DNA from: Candidatus Eiseniibacteriota bacterium
Lineage (GTDB): Bacteria > Eisenbacteria > RBG-16-71-46 > SZUA-252
Direction: 5' to 3'
Length of the DNA: 64,000 nucleotides
NCBI GenBank assembly: GCA_963740415.1
Contig: CAVUEC010000013.1
Coordinates: forward strand, 534,726-598,725
Made by a program: the position numbers and the translations under genes. The notes below the pieces were generated by a model. That model did not search any database and was not told the origin of the DNA. It worked only from the letters and a program-made list of their open reading frames with translations. Shown here piece by piece: positions 42,117 to 50,459 of this stretch. Within the stretch, counting starts at the first letter, position 1; the number at the start of each line of letters is the position of its first letter.

Positions 42117-44590
42117 AGCTGAGCGGCCGGTCCATGACGCCCCGTCGCTTCCACCTCCGCGTGCCCGCGGAGGAGGTCCGGCTCGCCGAGATCCGCGACT
42201 TCGTCCAGGAAGTCGGCGAGAAGCTGATGATTCCTCAGAAGGTGCTCGCCAACACCAAGCTCGCGGTGGACGAGGCGTGCACCAACGTCATCAAGCACGG
42301 CTACAAGGGCGAGGCCGGACAGATCGAGATCGTGGTGACCGGGAACGGCCGCGACTTCTCGATCGCGATCAAGGACTTCGGGAAGAGCTTCGACCTCCGG
42401 AACGTCGCGAGCCCCGATCTCAAGATGTACGTCGAGACGAGGAAGCGCGGCGGGCTGGGCGTCTTCCTGATGAACCAGCTGATGGACGAGGTGCGCTACC
42501 GGGCCGGCCACGACGGGAACGTCCTCACCATGTCGAAGCACCTGAACCGGCGCCGGCGTCCGCGGAAGGGCAATGAGCGCCGCCGGACCCTCCGCTTCGC
42601 GTACACGGTCCAGGCGTTCGGCGTGCTCACCATCCTGGTCGCGATCGCGTTCGGCGCGATCCACCTCCGCCAGCGCCGGGACATAGAGCGCGAGGTGCTC
42701 GGCCAGGCCAGGGACGCCGCGACCAACCTCGCGGACGCCGGGCTGGAGGTGGTGACGCGCCGGGAGCCGATGTCGCCCGAGCAGACGCGGCTCAACCAGT
42801 CGATCCGGGTCCTCCTCAGGGCTCACCCGGAATTTGCCGGCGCGCGGGTGCTGGACGCCACGGGCCGCGTCTGGGCCTCCAACATGTTCGAAGAACTCTT
42901 CACCTCCCGCACGCTTCCCCCGGGTGCGCGGGCCGTTTCCCCCGGAACCGGCTCCACCGGAAAGCCCGGACCGCCGGTCACCGTCGTGGAGCCGTCCAAC
43001 GGGAAGTCCCGGGAGGTCACGTTTCCCATCGTCGAATCCAGCTCGGGCGCCGCGCACGCCCTCGGCTGGGTGCAGATCGTGGTTCGCGAGTCGGCGATCA
43101 CCGACCGAATCGTCGCGTCGGGGATCGAGCTTGCGACGATCGCGCTCATCACCCTCCTGCTGGGCTGCGTGCTCTCGACGATTCTCATCGCCGTATTCGT
43201 CCAGCCGATCCAGGCGCTTTCGGACAGCGTGCGCGCGATCGGCGAGGGGACCATGGTCGCCGAGATCGGCGCCTCGGGGAACGACCAGATCGACGACATC
43301 GCGCGGGCGTTCAACGAGGTCACGGCGAAGTTCCGCGCGGCCCAGGGACACCTGATCGAGCAGGAGCGTCTCCAGCAGGAAATGCAGGTGGCGCAGGAGA
43401 TCCAGCAGATGCTCCTTCCGCGCCAGGTGCCCGAGCTGGAGGGCTTCGAGCTCGGCTCGCTCTACCGCGCGGCCAAGGAGGTGGGCGGCGATTACTACGA
43501 CTTCCTGCCGGTCGACGACCGCACCGTGGGCGTCGTGGTCGCGGACGTCTCGGGCAAGGGCGTCCCCGGCTCCCTGGTCATGACGATGATCCGGACCGCG
43601 CTCCGCATGGAGGCCCGCGGCAACCGGTCGGCGTCCGACGTGATGTCCAAGATGAACGCGTTCGTGACCGAGGACATGAAGAAGGGAATGTTCGTCACGA
43701 TGTTCTACGTCGTCCTCGACTCGGTGAACCGCGTGGTGAGCTACGCCAGCGCGGGGCACAACCCGATGATTCTCTACCGCGGCGAATCGGATGAGACCTA
43801 CTTTCTGAAGCCCAAGGGAATCCCGGTCGGGATCAACGTGCCCGACGAAGAGCTCTTCCGGAAGACGATCAGCGTCGAGAAGCTGACGCTCCGCCGGGAC
43901 GACATGCTTGTCATCTACACGGACGGGATCACCGAGGCGATGAACCCGGATCGGGATCAGTTCGGCGAGGGGCGGCTCCTGGCCGCGATCCGGCGCTACG
44001 GACACATGACCGCCCAGGAATTCGCGGACGCGCTAAATGGAGAAATCCAGGAGTTCACCGGGGGAGCGCCGCAGAACGACGACATCACGCTGGTCGCGAT
44101 CAAGGAGCGGGTCCCGGTGGAACAGCACCTCGAGGCGAACCGCCGCGAGCTCTTCCGGCTGATCGAGCAGGAGGGTGTCCCGATCGCCGAGGCCTGCGAC
44201 CGGCTCAAGATCACCGCGGGTACCTACTACCGGTACAAGCGCCGGGTGGAGTCCATGGGCGGCGAGGAGGGACTCAAGCCGTCGCGGCCTCAGGGGCCGA
44301 TGGCTAGGGCCAGCCTCGAGGTGGAGGCGGCCATCTTGGAAATCGTGAAGGCCGAGCCCACTCTGGGGGCGAAGCGAATTCTAGAATTGCTCAAGGGCGC
44401 AAATCGTTGCCCCGCTGAGCTTTCCGAAAGGGCCATTTACGAGACCCTGCGCCGGAACAAGCTCAACACTAGGGAAAAAAGGCTCGAGTTCAGCCAAAAC
44501 GGGACCGATAAACGGATGGCGAGGCTCGCCCGGGCATTGTCGGAAGCTGCCCCGTCCCACCCGAACGAGCAGCAAGGAGGCGAAGCATGA
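42113..44590 (+). CDS. Membrane multidomain signalling protein: RsbW-type anti-sigma kinase domain, 2 TM helices with an extracytoplasmic loop, HAMP, PP2C/SpoIIE phosphatase, and a C-terminal transposase-type HTH region
   Basis: ATG 42113 overlaps the upstream stop (ATGA). The N-terminus LAVDEACTNVIKHGY...GGLGVFLMNQLMDEV is an HATPase_c_2-like (RsbW/SpoIIAB) pattern. TM helices are near AFGVLTILVAIAFGAI and LATIALITLLLGCVLSTILIAVFV. A HAMP-like PIQALSDSVRAIGEG...IDDIARAFN follows. The SpoIIE/PP2C blocks are GGDYYDF, VVVADVSGKGVPGS, AGHNP, YTDGITEA and DDITLV. The tail contains GVPIAEACDRLKITAGTYYRYKRR and ILEIVKAEPTLGAKRILELL...IYETLRRNKL. Confidence 0.8.
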   Translation: MKLSGRSMTPRRFHLRVPAEEVRLAEIRDFVQEVGEKLMIPQKVLANTKLAVDEACTNVIKHGYKGEAGQIEIVVTGNGRDFSIAIKDFGKSFDLRNVASPDLKMYVETRKRGGLGVFLMNQLMDEVRYRAGHDGNVLTMSKHLNRRRRPRKGNERRRTLRFAYTVQAFGVLTILVAIAFGAIHLRQRRDIEREVLGQARDAATNLADAGLEVVTRREPMSPEQTRLNQSIRVLLRAHPEFAGARVLDATGRVWASNMFEELFTSRTLPPGARAVSPGTGSTGKPGPPVTVVEPSNGKSREVTFPIVESSSGAAHALGWVQIVVRESAITDRIVASGIELATIALITLLLGCVLSTILIAVFVQPIQALSDSVRAIGEGTMVAEIGASGNDQIDDIARAFNEVTAKFRAAQGHLIEQERLQQEMQVAQEIQQMLLPRQVPELEGFELGSLYRAAKEVGGDYYDFLPVDDRTVGVVVADVSGKGVPGSLVMTMIRTALRMEARGNRSASDVMSKMNAFVTEDMKKGMFVTMFYVVLDSVNRVVSYASAGHNPMILYRGESDETYFLKPKGIPVGINVPDEELFRKTISVEKLTLRRDDMLVIYTDGITEAMNPDRDQFGEGRLLAAIRRYGHMTAQEFADALNGEIQEFTGGAPQNDDITLVAIKERVPVEQHLEANRRELFRLIEQEGVPIAEACDRLKITAGTYYRYKRRVESMGGEEGLKPSRPQGPMARASLEVEAAILEIVKAEPTLGAKRILELLKGANRCPAELSERAIYETLRRNKLNTREKRLEFSQNGTDKRMARLARALSEAAPSHPNEQQGGEA

Positions 44591-45240
44591 AGGGAATCGA
44601 CGTTTACGTCGAGGAAGCGGTTCAGAACCGAGGGGTCTCGGTCCTGCGGGTTTCGGGCTACGTGGACACCACGACCAGCCCCGATCTCGAGCGCAGGCTC
44701 CAGGCCCTCCTCCGGGAAAAGCGCTATCACATCGTGGTCGACCTCTCCGGGGTCGAATACATCTCGAGCGCCGGCTGGGGGATCTTCATTTCCGAGATTC
44801 GAGAGATCCGCGAGCAAGGCGGCGACCTGAAGCTGGCGGGGATGATCGCCGATGTTCGCGAGGTCTTCGATCTCCTCGAATTCGAAAACATCTTGAAGGC
44901 CTACGCCGACACCGAAATGGCGGTCGGGTCCTTCGGCGCGGTCCCGTCGTCCCCGTCTTCCTCGTCCACGGGCGGTGCGACCGACGGCCACAATTCCTCC
45001 TCGCAGTCGTCGGCGGGTCACCGCTCGGAGACGGTTCTGTCGGACGAGGACCTGATTCGCGAGATCGCGCGCCAGCATCCGGAGTTCGGGCTCATGCGGA
45101 TCCAGAAAGAGCTGAGGAAGCCCGAGCGCGGCGGCCGCGATCTGAATCCGGTCCAGATTTACGTGCTCTTGCGGAAGCTGGACCTGGACACCCGCGAGCG
45201 CCGCGCGGCCCTCGCCAAAGAGAGCCAGCCGAGCAAGTAA
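44587..45240 (+). CDS. STAS-domain anti-sigma-factor antagonist (RsbV/SpoIIAA-like) with a Ser-rich linker and a C-terminal HTH-like module
   Basis: ATG 44587 overlaps the upstream stop (ATGA). The STAS pattern is VLRVSGYVDTTTSPDLE...HIVVDLSGVEYISSAGWGIFI...GGDLKLAGM..VREVFDLLEF. The C-terminus LIREIARQHPEFGLMRIQKELRK....IYVLLRKLDLDTRERR aligns with the tail of the preceding protein. Confidence 0.8.
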   Translation: MKGIDVYVEEAVQNRGVSVLRVSGYVDTTTSPDLERRLQALLREKRYHIVVDLSGVEYISSAGWGIFISEIREIREQGGDLKLAGMIADVREVFDLLEFENILKAYADTEMAVGSFGAVPSSPSSSSTGGATDGHNSSSQSSAGHRSETVLSDEDLIREIARQHPEFGLMRIQKELRKPERGGRDLNPVQIYVLLRKLDLDTRERRAALAKESQPSK

Positions 45241-45262
45241 CTCGACATTGAAACCGCTTGAC

Positions 45263-45306
45263 CGCGGGGGGTCGCGTGCCTATCGTCAGGTGCACGGCCC
45301 CCCGCG
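45263..45306 (+). terminator. GC hairpin after the operon. It may be a terminator and overlaps a candidate promoter.
   Basis: CGCGGGGGG (45263-45271) pairs with CCCCCCGCG (45298-45306), and an inner CGTGC pairs with GCACG. There is no clear U-tract. The same region contains TTGACC (45258-45263), a 17-nt spacer, then TATCGT (45281-45286). Confidence 0.35.
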
Positions 45307-45380
45307 ATGCGTTTCCGCCTTCCTCCTGTCATACCCCCGACTAAAATGGCTGCGCGCGCGTTGATCCTGCTTCCGGGAGA

Positions 45381-47540
45381 ATGGCGATGAGGATCGAAAT
45401 CGAGGCCGTCCCGCGGATCCTGCCGATCGTTCTGATCGCGGCGGCGATCGCGCTCGGGCTCTGGGCCTATCTCACCCGCTATCCCGCGCTGGCCTCGCGC
45501 CGGCGTCTCCTGCTTCTGGGCGCCAGGCTCTTAGCGCTGGCCGCGCTTCTCTTCGCGTCGCTGGCCCCCGTGATTCGCTACCCCGAATCGTCCAAAGCCC
45601 GAAATCGACTTTTGATCCTGGTCGACCATTCCGGAAGCATGCAGGTCCACGACGCCGCCGGCGGGCGCAGCCGCCGTGACGCCGCGGACAGCGTGGCCGC
45701 CCTCGCGGCTTCGGCGCTCGGGGGGCGATTCGATGTCCGCGTGGCCGCGTTCGACGCGACGCTCGGGCCCTTCGGGCGCGGCGCCAAGCCGGCGCTGGGC
45801 GGCTTCGCGGGGGGCGGCGAAACGGCGCTCGGAGATGCGTTCCGTGCTGCCTTGGCCCGCCTCGATCCCGACTCCATCGCCGCGTTTCTCGTCTTGAGCG
45901 ACGGCGCCGTCAACCGAGGCGAGGATCCGGAGCAGGCGCTTGGCTCGGCGGTGCCCGCCTTTGGTCTCACGGTGGGACGCGCGGCCGATCCGCCGACGGT
46001 GGGAATCGCCGGCGTCGACCTGCCTCCCGAATTCATCGTCGGAAAAATCACTCCGGTGACCGTCACGGTCCGCCAGGGGAGCCGTCCCTCGGCGCAGGGG
46101 GTGGTGCGGGTGAGCGAGGAAGGCCGGGAGCTGGGCCGCGCGCCCTTCTCGCTGACCGCTCCCGGCGCGTCCGCGCGGATTTCGATCCCTGTGACGCTCG
46201 GGGCGCGGGGAAAACGCTTTCTGAGCGTCGAGCTGCTCGACGTCGCGGGCGATCCGATGAAGGAGAACAAGCGCCGGCTTGTGGCCGTCAACGCGCGGCC
46301 CGCGCGCCGATCGGTTCCGCTCCTGGCCGCGTCCTGGGACTGGGATCTTCGCTCGCTGGTGCGCGGCGTCGAGGAGGACACGACCTGGGGCGTGACGCGG
46401 GTGACGCCCTCCGGTGCGTCGCAGGTGACCCGGGTAGGCGACGGAACGGTCTCGTTCGACGCGCTGCTCGAGGACGCGGAGGCCGTCGTGGTGCGCTACG
46501 ACGCGTCGACCGTGACGCCGGAGCGCGCGGCCGCGCTGATGCGATATCTCGAACGCGGCGGCGGCATCTTCTTCTGGGTGGACCCGCGATTCCGGCCGCC
46601 CGTGGAATCACCGCTCACGAAGGCGCTCCACGTGGCGTGGCGTTTCTGGGGCGATCCGCTCGGCCCAATCGCGTCACCCGAGCTGACGCCCGCCGGAAAG
46701 ACGCACGAGCTCGGACTCCTGGGCGGTGACGCGGCCAGCGCGGCCGCGACGTGGAAGGCGCTGCCGCCGGTCGAGCCTCTGGTCGCGATGGATCCGACCG
46801 GGGGCCCGCTTCAGCCCATCCTCGTCGGGCGCGTTTCGAACGGGTCGATCCCGCTGCTCCTCGCGGGAACGGTCGGCAAGGGCCGGGTGGCGGTCCTCAA
46901 CGCGGCGGGAGTTTATCGGTGGGGTCTCACCGCGTCCGGCATCGCCGAACGCGCGGGAATCGAGGCCGCGTTCTTCGGCGGCATGTGCGAATGGCTCAGC
47001 GCCGGCGCCTCCGAGCGCCCGGTGCGGATCGAGGCGCCCGAGATCACGCCGGAGGGAAGGCCGATTCCGGTCCGCGTGACCGCGGCGGGCGCGGCCAGTA
47101 CGGCGGCGGCGCGCGTCACGGCGCGGGGCGTGGGCCGCGCTGGCCCCGCCGTCGCGGCGCCGCTCACACCATCTGCGGGCGGTGAGTGGGCGGGATCGAT
47201 CCCGCTCGATCCGGGCACGTACGTGTTGCGCGTCACGGTGGAATCGGGCGGTCGCGCGATCGGGGTGGACAGCGTGCGCGTCGCGGTTGGAGTTCAAGGA
47301 TTGGAGTACGAGTCGCTCGAGGCCGAGCCCGCGACCCTTCAGCGTCTGGCCGCGGGATCGGGCGGCGTGGCCGCGCCGGTCGACAGCGCGGACGTCGTGA
47401 TCCAGAAGCTTCGCTCTCCCGACCTGATTCATTCACGCCTCGCGGAGCTCGACCTGTTCCACAATCCGCTGCTCTTCGGAATTCTCATCATCGCGCTCGC
47501 GCTGGAGTGGGCGCTGAGAAGGAAGTTTCACTTGATGTAG
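45381..47540 (+). CDS. Membrane-anchored von Willebrand factor A (VWA) domain protein, BatA-like N-terminus
   Basis: Two N-terminal TM helices, the MIDAS motif LILVDHSGSM, a later flavodoxin-like block (AVVVRYDAS...LMRYLERGGGIFFWVDP), and a C-terminal TM helix LLFGILIIALALEWAL. Confidence 0.7.
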   Translation: MAMRIEIEAVPRILPIVLIAAAIALGLWAYLTRYPALASRRRLLLLGARLLALAALLFASLAPVIRYPESSKARNRLLILVDHSGSMQVHDAAGGRSRRDAADSVAALAASALGGRFDVRVAAFDATLGPFGRGAKPALGGFAGGGETALGDAFRAALARLDPDSIAAFLVLSDGAVNRGEDPEQALGSAVPAFGLTVGRAADPPTVGIAGVDLPPEFIVGKITPVTVTVRQGSRPSAQGVVRVSEEGRELGRAPFSLTAPGASARISIPVTLGARGKRFLSVELLDVAGDPMKENKRRLVAVNARPARRSVPLLAASWDWDLRSLVRGVEEDTTWGVTRVTPSGASQVTRVGDGTVSFDALLEDAEAVVVRYDASTVTPERAAALMRYLERGGGIFFWVDPRFRPPVESPLTKALHVAWRFWGDPLGPIASPELTPAGKTHELGLLGGDAASAAATWKALPPVEPLVAMDPTGGPLQPILVGRVSNGSIPLLLAGTVGKGRVAVLNAAGVYRWGLTASGIAERAGIEAAFFGGMCEWLSAGASERPVRIEAPEITPEGRPIPVRVTAAGAASTAAARVTARGVGRAGPAVAAPLTPSAGGEWAGSIPLDPGTYVLRVTVESGGRAIGVDSVRVAVGVQGLEYESLEAEPATLQRLAAGSGGVAAPVDSADVVIQKLRSPDLIHSRLAELDLFHNPLLFGILIIALALEWALRRKFHLM

Positions 47541-47662
47541 CTTGATGCAGGAAGCGCCTGGTTCGCGGCGCGCTTTTGACGGCGCGCGCGTTTCCGGGAA
47601 TCCCCGAACGGTTTCCGTCGTCTCCCCGCTTCGCCTCCTCCTGATCTCAGGAGGATCGCTCC

Positions 47663-49465
47663 ATGTCATCCATCGCACGCCGTGTCGCGCCGGCGATCGC
47701 GGCCCTGGCCGCGCTCGTCGCGCCGGCAATCGCGGCCTTCGCCGCGCTGTGCGCTACGCCCGCCGTCTCGGCTCGGGCCGATCTGCTCCTCAACGAGGTT
47801 CTCTACGATCCGGCCGGAGCGGACGAAGGGCATGAATTCGTCGAGCTGTGGAATCCCGACTCGGCCGCGCTCTCCCTCGATGGGCTCACGATCGAGGCGG
47901 GCGACGGCGCCCGTCCGGGCAGTTGGGACGTGATCTGGCGCGGGGCCGCGGGCGCCGCGGCGTCGCCTCACGCTCCGCTTCTCATCGCCGGCGACGCGCT
48001 GCTGGGCTCCCTCCAAAACGGGCCCGACGCGGTTCGATTGAGCCGCAACGGCGTCGTCCTCGATCTCCTCGGATACGGAGAGCTTTCGGCCGCGGCGCTC
48101 TACGAGGGTTCGCCCGCGCCGGACGCGGGCTCGGGACAGAGTCTCGCACGACTCCATGACGGCGCGGATACCCGGAACAACACGGCGGACTGGGCCATCG
48201 AAAGCGAGCCCACGCCCGGTCTTCCCAATCATCCCGACTATCGGCTCAGGCTCTCGCGGTCCGGGCTCCCGGCCTCACCCCAGGTTGCGTGGCCGGGAGA
48301 TCCGATTTCCATCCGCGCCTGCGCTCGAAACGACGGCCTCCTCGCGGTCGATGCCGCGCGATGGGGACTCGAGGCCGAATGGGGGCGGGACGACTGGGCG
48401 GGCGGACTGGAAGCCGGATCCGCGGGCGCCGAGTCGAGCGTCGTTTGGGCGGCCGCCGCCTCACACGACGGAATCACGGTGGACTCGGGCGACAGCGCGA
48501 CCGTCTCACTCGCGCTCACGGCGCCGGCGCCGGGCGTGTGGCGGCTCCGCGCCCGGATCGTGTGTCGCGACGATCCCGCCGAGTCGCCTCGGGCCGCGCT
48601 CCGTCCGGACACGCTCGAGGTCACGCTGCGCTCGGTCGCCGGGCCCGCGGTGGTGAACGAGTTCGCGTTCCGCGACGCGGGAGCCGGCGAGTGGATCGAG
48701 ATTTGGTTCCGCGATTCCGTCGACGACATCGGCGCCATTTCCATCGCGGACGCCACCGCCGCTCCGCGGCCCATCGATCGAGGCGCTCTGCCAAGGCCGG
48801 CTCCCGCCGGCGCGCTCGTGGTCGTGGCGCAGGACCCGGCCCTCGTGCGCGCGCGCTTCGGTCTTCCCGACTCGGTCGTGCTGGGAGTGGTCGGCGGATG
48901 GCCGTCGCTCAACGACACGGGCGGGGAGGATGGGATCGCGGATCGCGTTCGGATCGTGGGGAAGGACGGCGTCCCGTGCGACGCCGCGCCCTATCGTGGT
49001 ACCGCGTCCGCGCGCGGCGGCAGCCTGGAGCGCCTCTCGGCCGATTTCGCCAGCTCGGCCGCCGGAACGTGGGCCGAGACGATCGATCCCAAGGGTGGCA
49101 CGCCGGGCCGCGAGAACTCGATGCGCGCCCCGGGCGCGAGCGTTGCCGCGCGAGGGCCGCTCCTGGTCGCCGGCGGGCGCGTGGTTCGCCGCGGAAACGG
49201 CGGCGCCGTGCCCGTAGTGCTTCGCACCACGCCCGCAGCGCGGGGCCGGCGCCTCACCGTGCGCGTGCACGATCTGCTGGGCCGCCCCGTTCGCACGCTG
49301 GTCGAGGGGCAGAGGTTCGCATCGGACGGCGCCTTCGTGTGGGACGGCCGGGACGACCACGGCGACGCGGTCGCGCCCGGCCTCTACGTCATTCGCGCCG
49401 AAGCGCTGCCGGAGGACGACGCGTCGATCCGCGCGTCCAGCGTTCCGATGGCGGTGGCGCCGTGA
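47663..49465 (+). CDS. Secreted protein with two lamin-tail domains (LTD) and a FlgD-Ig-like C-terminal domain
   Basis: AGGAGG RBS and a signal peptide. LTD signatures are LLLNEVLYDPAGADEGHEFVELWN and VVNEFAFRDAGAGEWIEIWF. The C-terminus reads VRVHDLLGRPVRTLVEG...FVWDGRDDHGDAVAPGLYVIRA. Confidence 0.75.
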   Translation: MSSIARRVAPAIAALAALVAPAIAAFAALCATPAVSARADLLLNEVLYDPAGADEGHEFVELWNPDSAALSLDGLTIEAGDGARPGSWDVIWRGAAGAAASPHAPLLIAGDALLGSLQNGPDAVRLSRNGVVLDLLGYGELSAAALYEGSPAPDAGSGQSLARLHDGADTRNNTADWAIESEPTPGLPNHPDYRLRLSRSGLPASPQVAWPGDPISIRACARNDGLLAVDAARWGLEAEWGRDDWAGGLEAGSAGAESSVVWAAAASHDGITVDSGDSATVSLALTAPAPGVWRLRARIVCRDDPAESPRAALRPDTLEVTLRSVAGPAVVNEFAFRDAGAGEWIEIWFRDSVDDIGAISIADATAAPRPIDRGALPRPAPAGALVVVAQDPALVRARFGLPDSVVLGVVGGWPSLNDTGGEDGIADRVRIVGKDGVPCDAAPYRGTASARGGSLERLSADFASSAAGTWAETIDPKGGTPGRENSMRAPGASVAARGPLLVAGGRVVRRGNGGAVPVVLRTTPAARGRRLTVRVHDLLGRPVRTLVEGQRFASDGAFVWDGRDDHGDAVAPGLYVIRAEALPEDDASIRASSVPMAVAP

Positions 49466-50454
49466 ACGCGGCTGCGCCGCCCCGCTGGTGCTTCGCACCA
49501 CGGGCGCTCGCCGCACCCAGCAGAGGCGCGCGGCGAGCAACCCCTCGGGCCCCCGGTCCTCGCCCGCGCTCGGTGTCTGGGCTTCTCGGGCCCACTTGCG
49601 GGCGCGCGGGCTGCGGAGGGTCCCTCGGGGTTCTCGCCGCGTGCCTCCTGCTTGGTGCGGTGTGGGTCGCGTTCAGGACGCCACCGGCGTACGCGGCGTT
49701 CGAGGTGAGGGACGCGTCGCCCACGGCGTTGGGGACGGCCTCGATGGACATCGACGCCGAGGTGTGGGGCGGATGGGATAGCCCGGACGCGCGTGGGTGG
49801 GGAATGGGAGCGAGCCACGCGTCGCTCTATCAGGTCGAAGGTCTCGCGGCCGATCAAGCGTGGGCGCGGATCGCGGGGAGCGGCTTCGTCGGCGCGCTCG
49901 AGTGGTCGCAGGCGGGGCTTCCTGGCGAGCGGGAGACGCGCGTTCGCGCGGTCATCCGCGAATGCGGCGCGAAGCGGATCGCGCTGGGCGTCTCGGTGGA
50001 GCGACTCGAGATGGTGCTGGAAGGAGAGCCGCCCGCGGGTGGATGGGCCGCCGGCTGCGCCGCGCGGTCCACCTCGTTCATTCGCGGGGTCGTTCTGGAG
50101 GCGATGATCGGGGCGGATCGCCTGCTCCGGTCCGGCTCGCTCGGACGACTCGACGTGGCGCCCTCCGTTCCGGTCTCCGTCCAGCTTCGCGCGGGCGCGG
50201 CCGCGATCGCGTGGATCGACCGATGGGAATCCGACGGCGTGCGGAGCCCGCGCATCGCGATCGCCCTCGCCCTGGGCGAGACGGCGACGCTCCGGCTGGC
50301 GCGCGGGGACAGTCCCGAGCGGGTCGGAACGTCCATCTCCATCCGCCTCCGTGGATTCGAGGTCTCCGCGGGCCGTCTCGACCTCGCGGCCGGCGGCAGC
50401 GTCACGGGTTTCTCGCTCGCGCGAACGGGTCCGCGCGAGCGGGAAGGCGCCTAA
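49462..50454 (+). CDS. Hypothetical secreted / outer-membrane beta-barrel-like protein. Start uncertain; GTG 49462 overlaps the upstream stop, and an alternative lies near 49573.
   Basis: This is the only frame with a non-Arg-rich composition. It has a hydrophobic signal-like segment (LGVLAACLLLGAVWVAF...AYA) and an alternating hydrophobic pattern to the C-terminus. I recognise no homolog. Confidence 0.45.
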   Translation: MNAAAPPRWCFAPRALAAPSRGARRATPRAPGPRPRSVSGLLGPTCGRAGCGGSLGVLAACLLLGAVWVAFRTPPAYAAFEVRDASPTALGTASMDIDAEVWGGWDSPDARGWGMGASHASLYQVEGLAADQAWARIAGSGFVGALEWSQAGLPGERETRVRAVIRECGAKRIALGVSVERLEMVLEGEPPAGGWAAGCAARSTSFIRGVVLEAMIGADRLLRSGSLGRLDVAPSVPVSVQLRAGAAAIAWIDRWESDGVRSPRIAIALALGETATLRLARGDSPERVGTSISIRLRGFEVSAGRLDLAAGGSVTGFSLARTGPREREGA

Positions 50455-50459
50455 CAGCG

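Noticed and set aside
44100-45240. Transposase-like HTH segments considered as evidence of an IS element
   Set aside because: No DDE/rve catalytic domain, no terminal inverted repeats, and the segments are in-frame C-terminal tails of signalling proteins.
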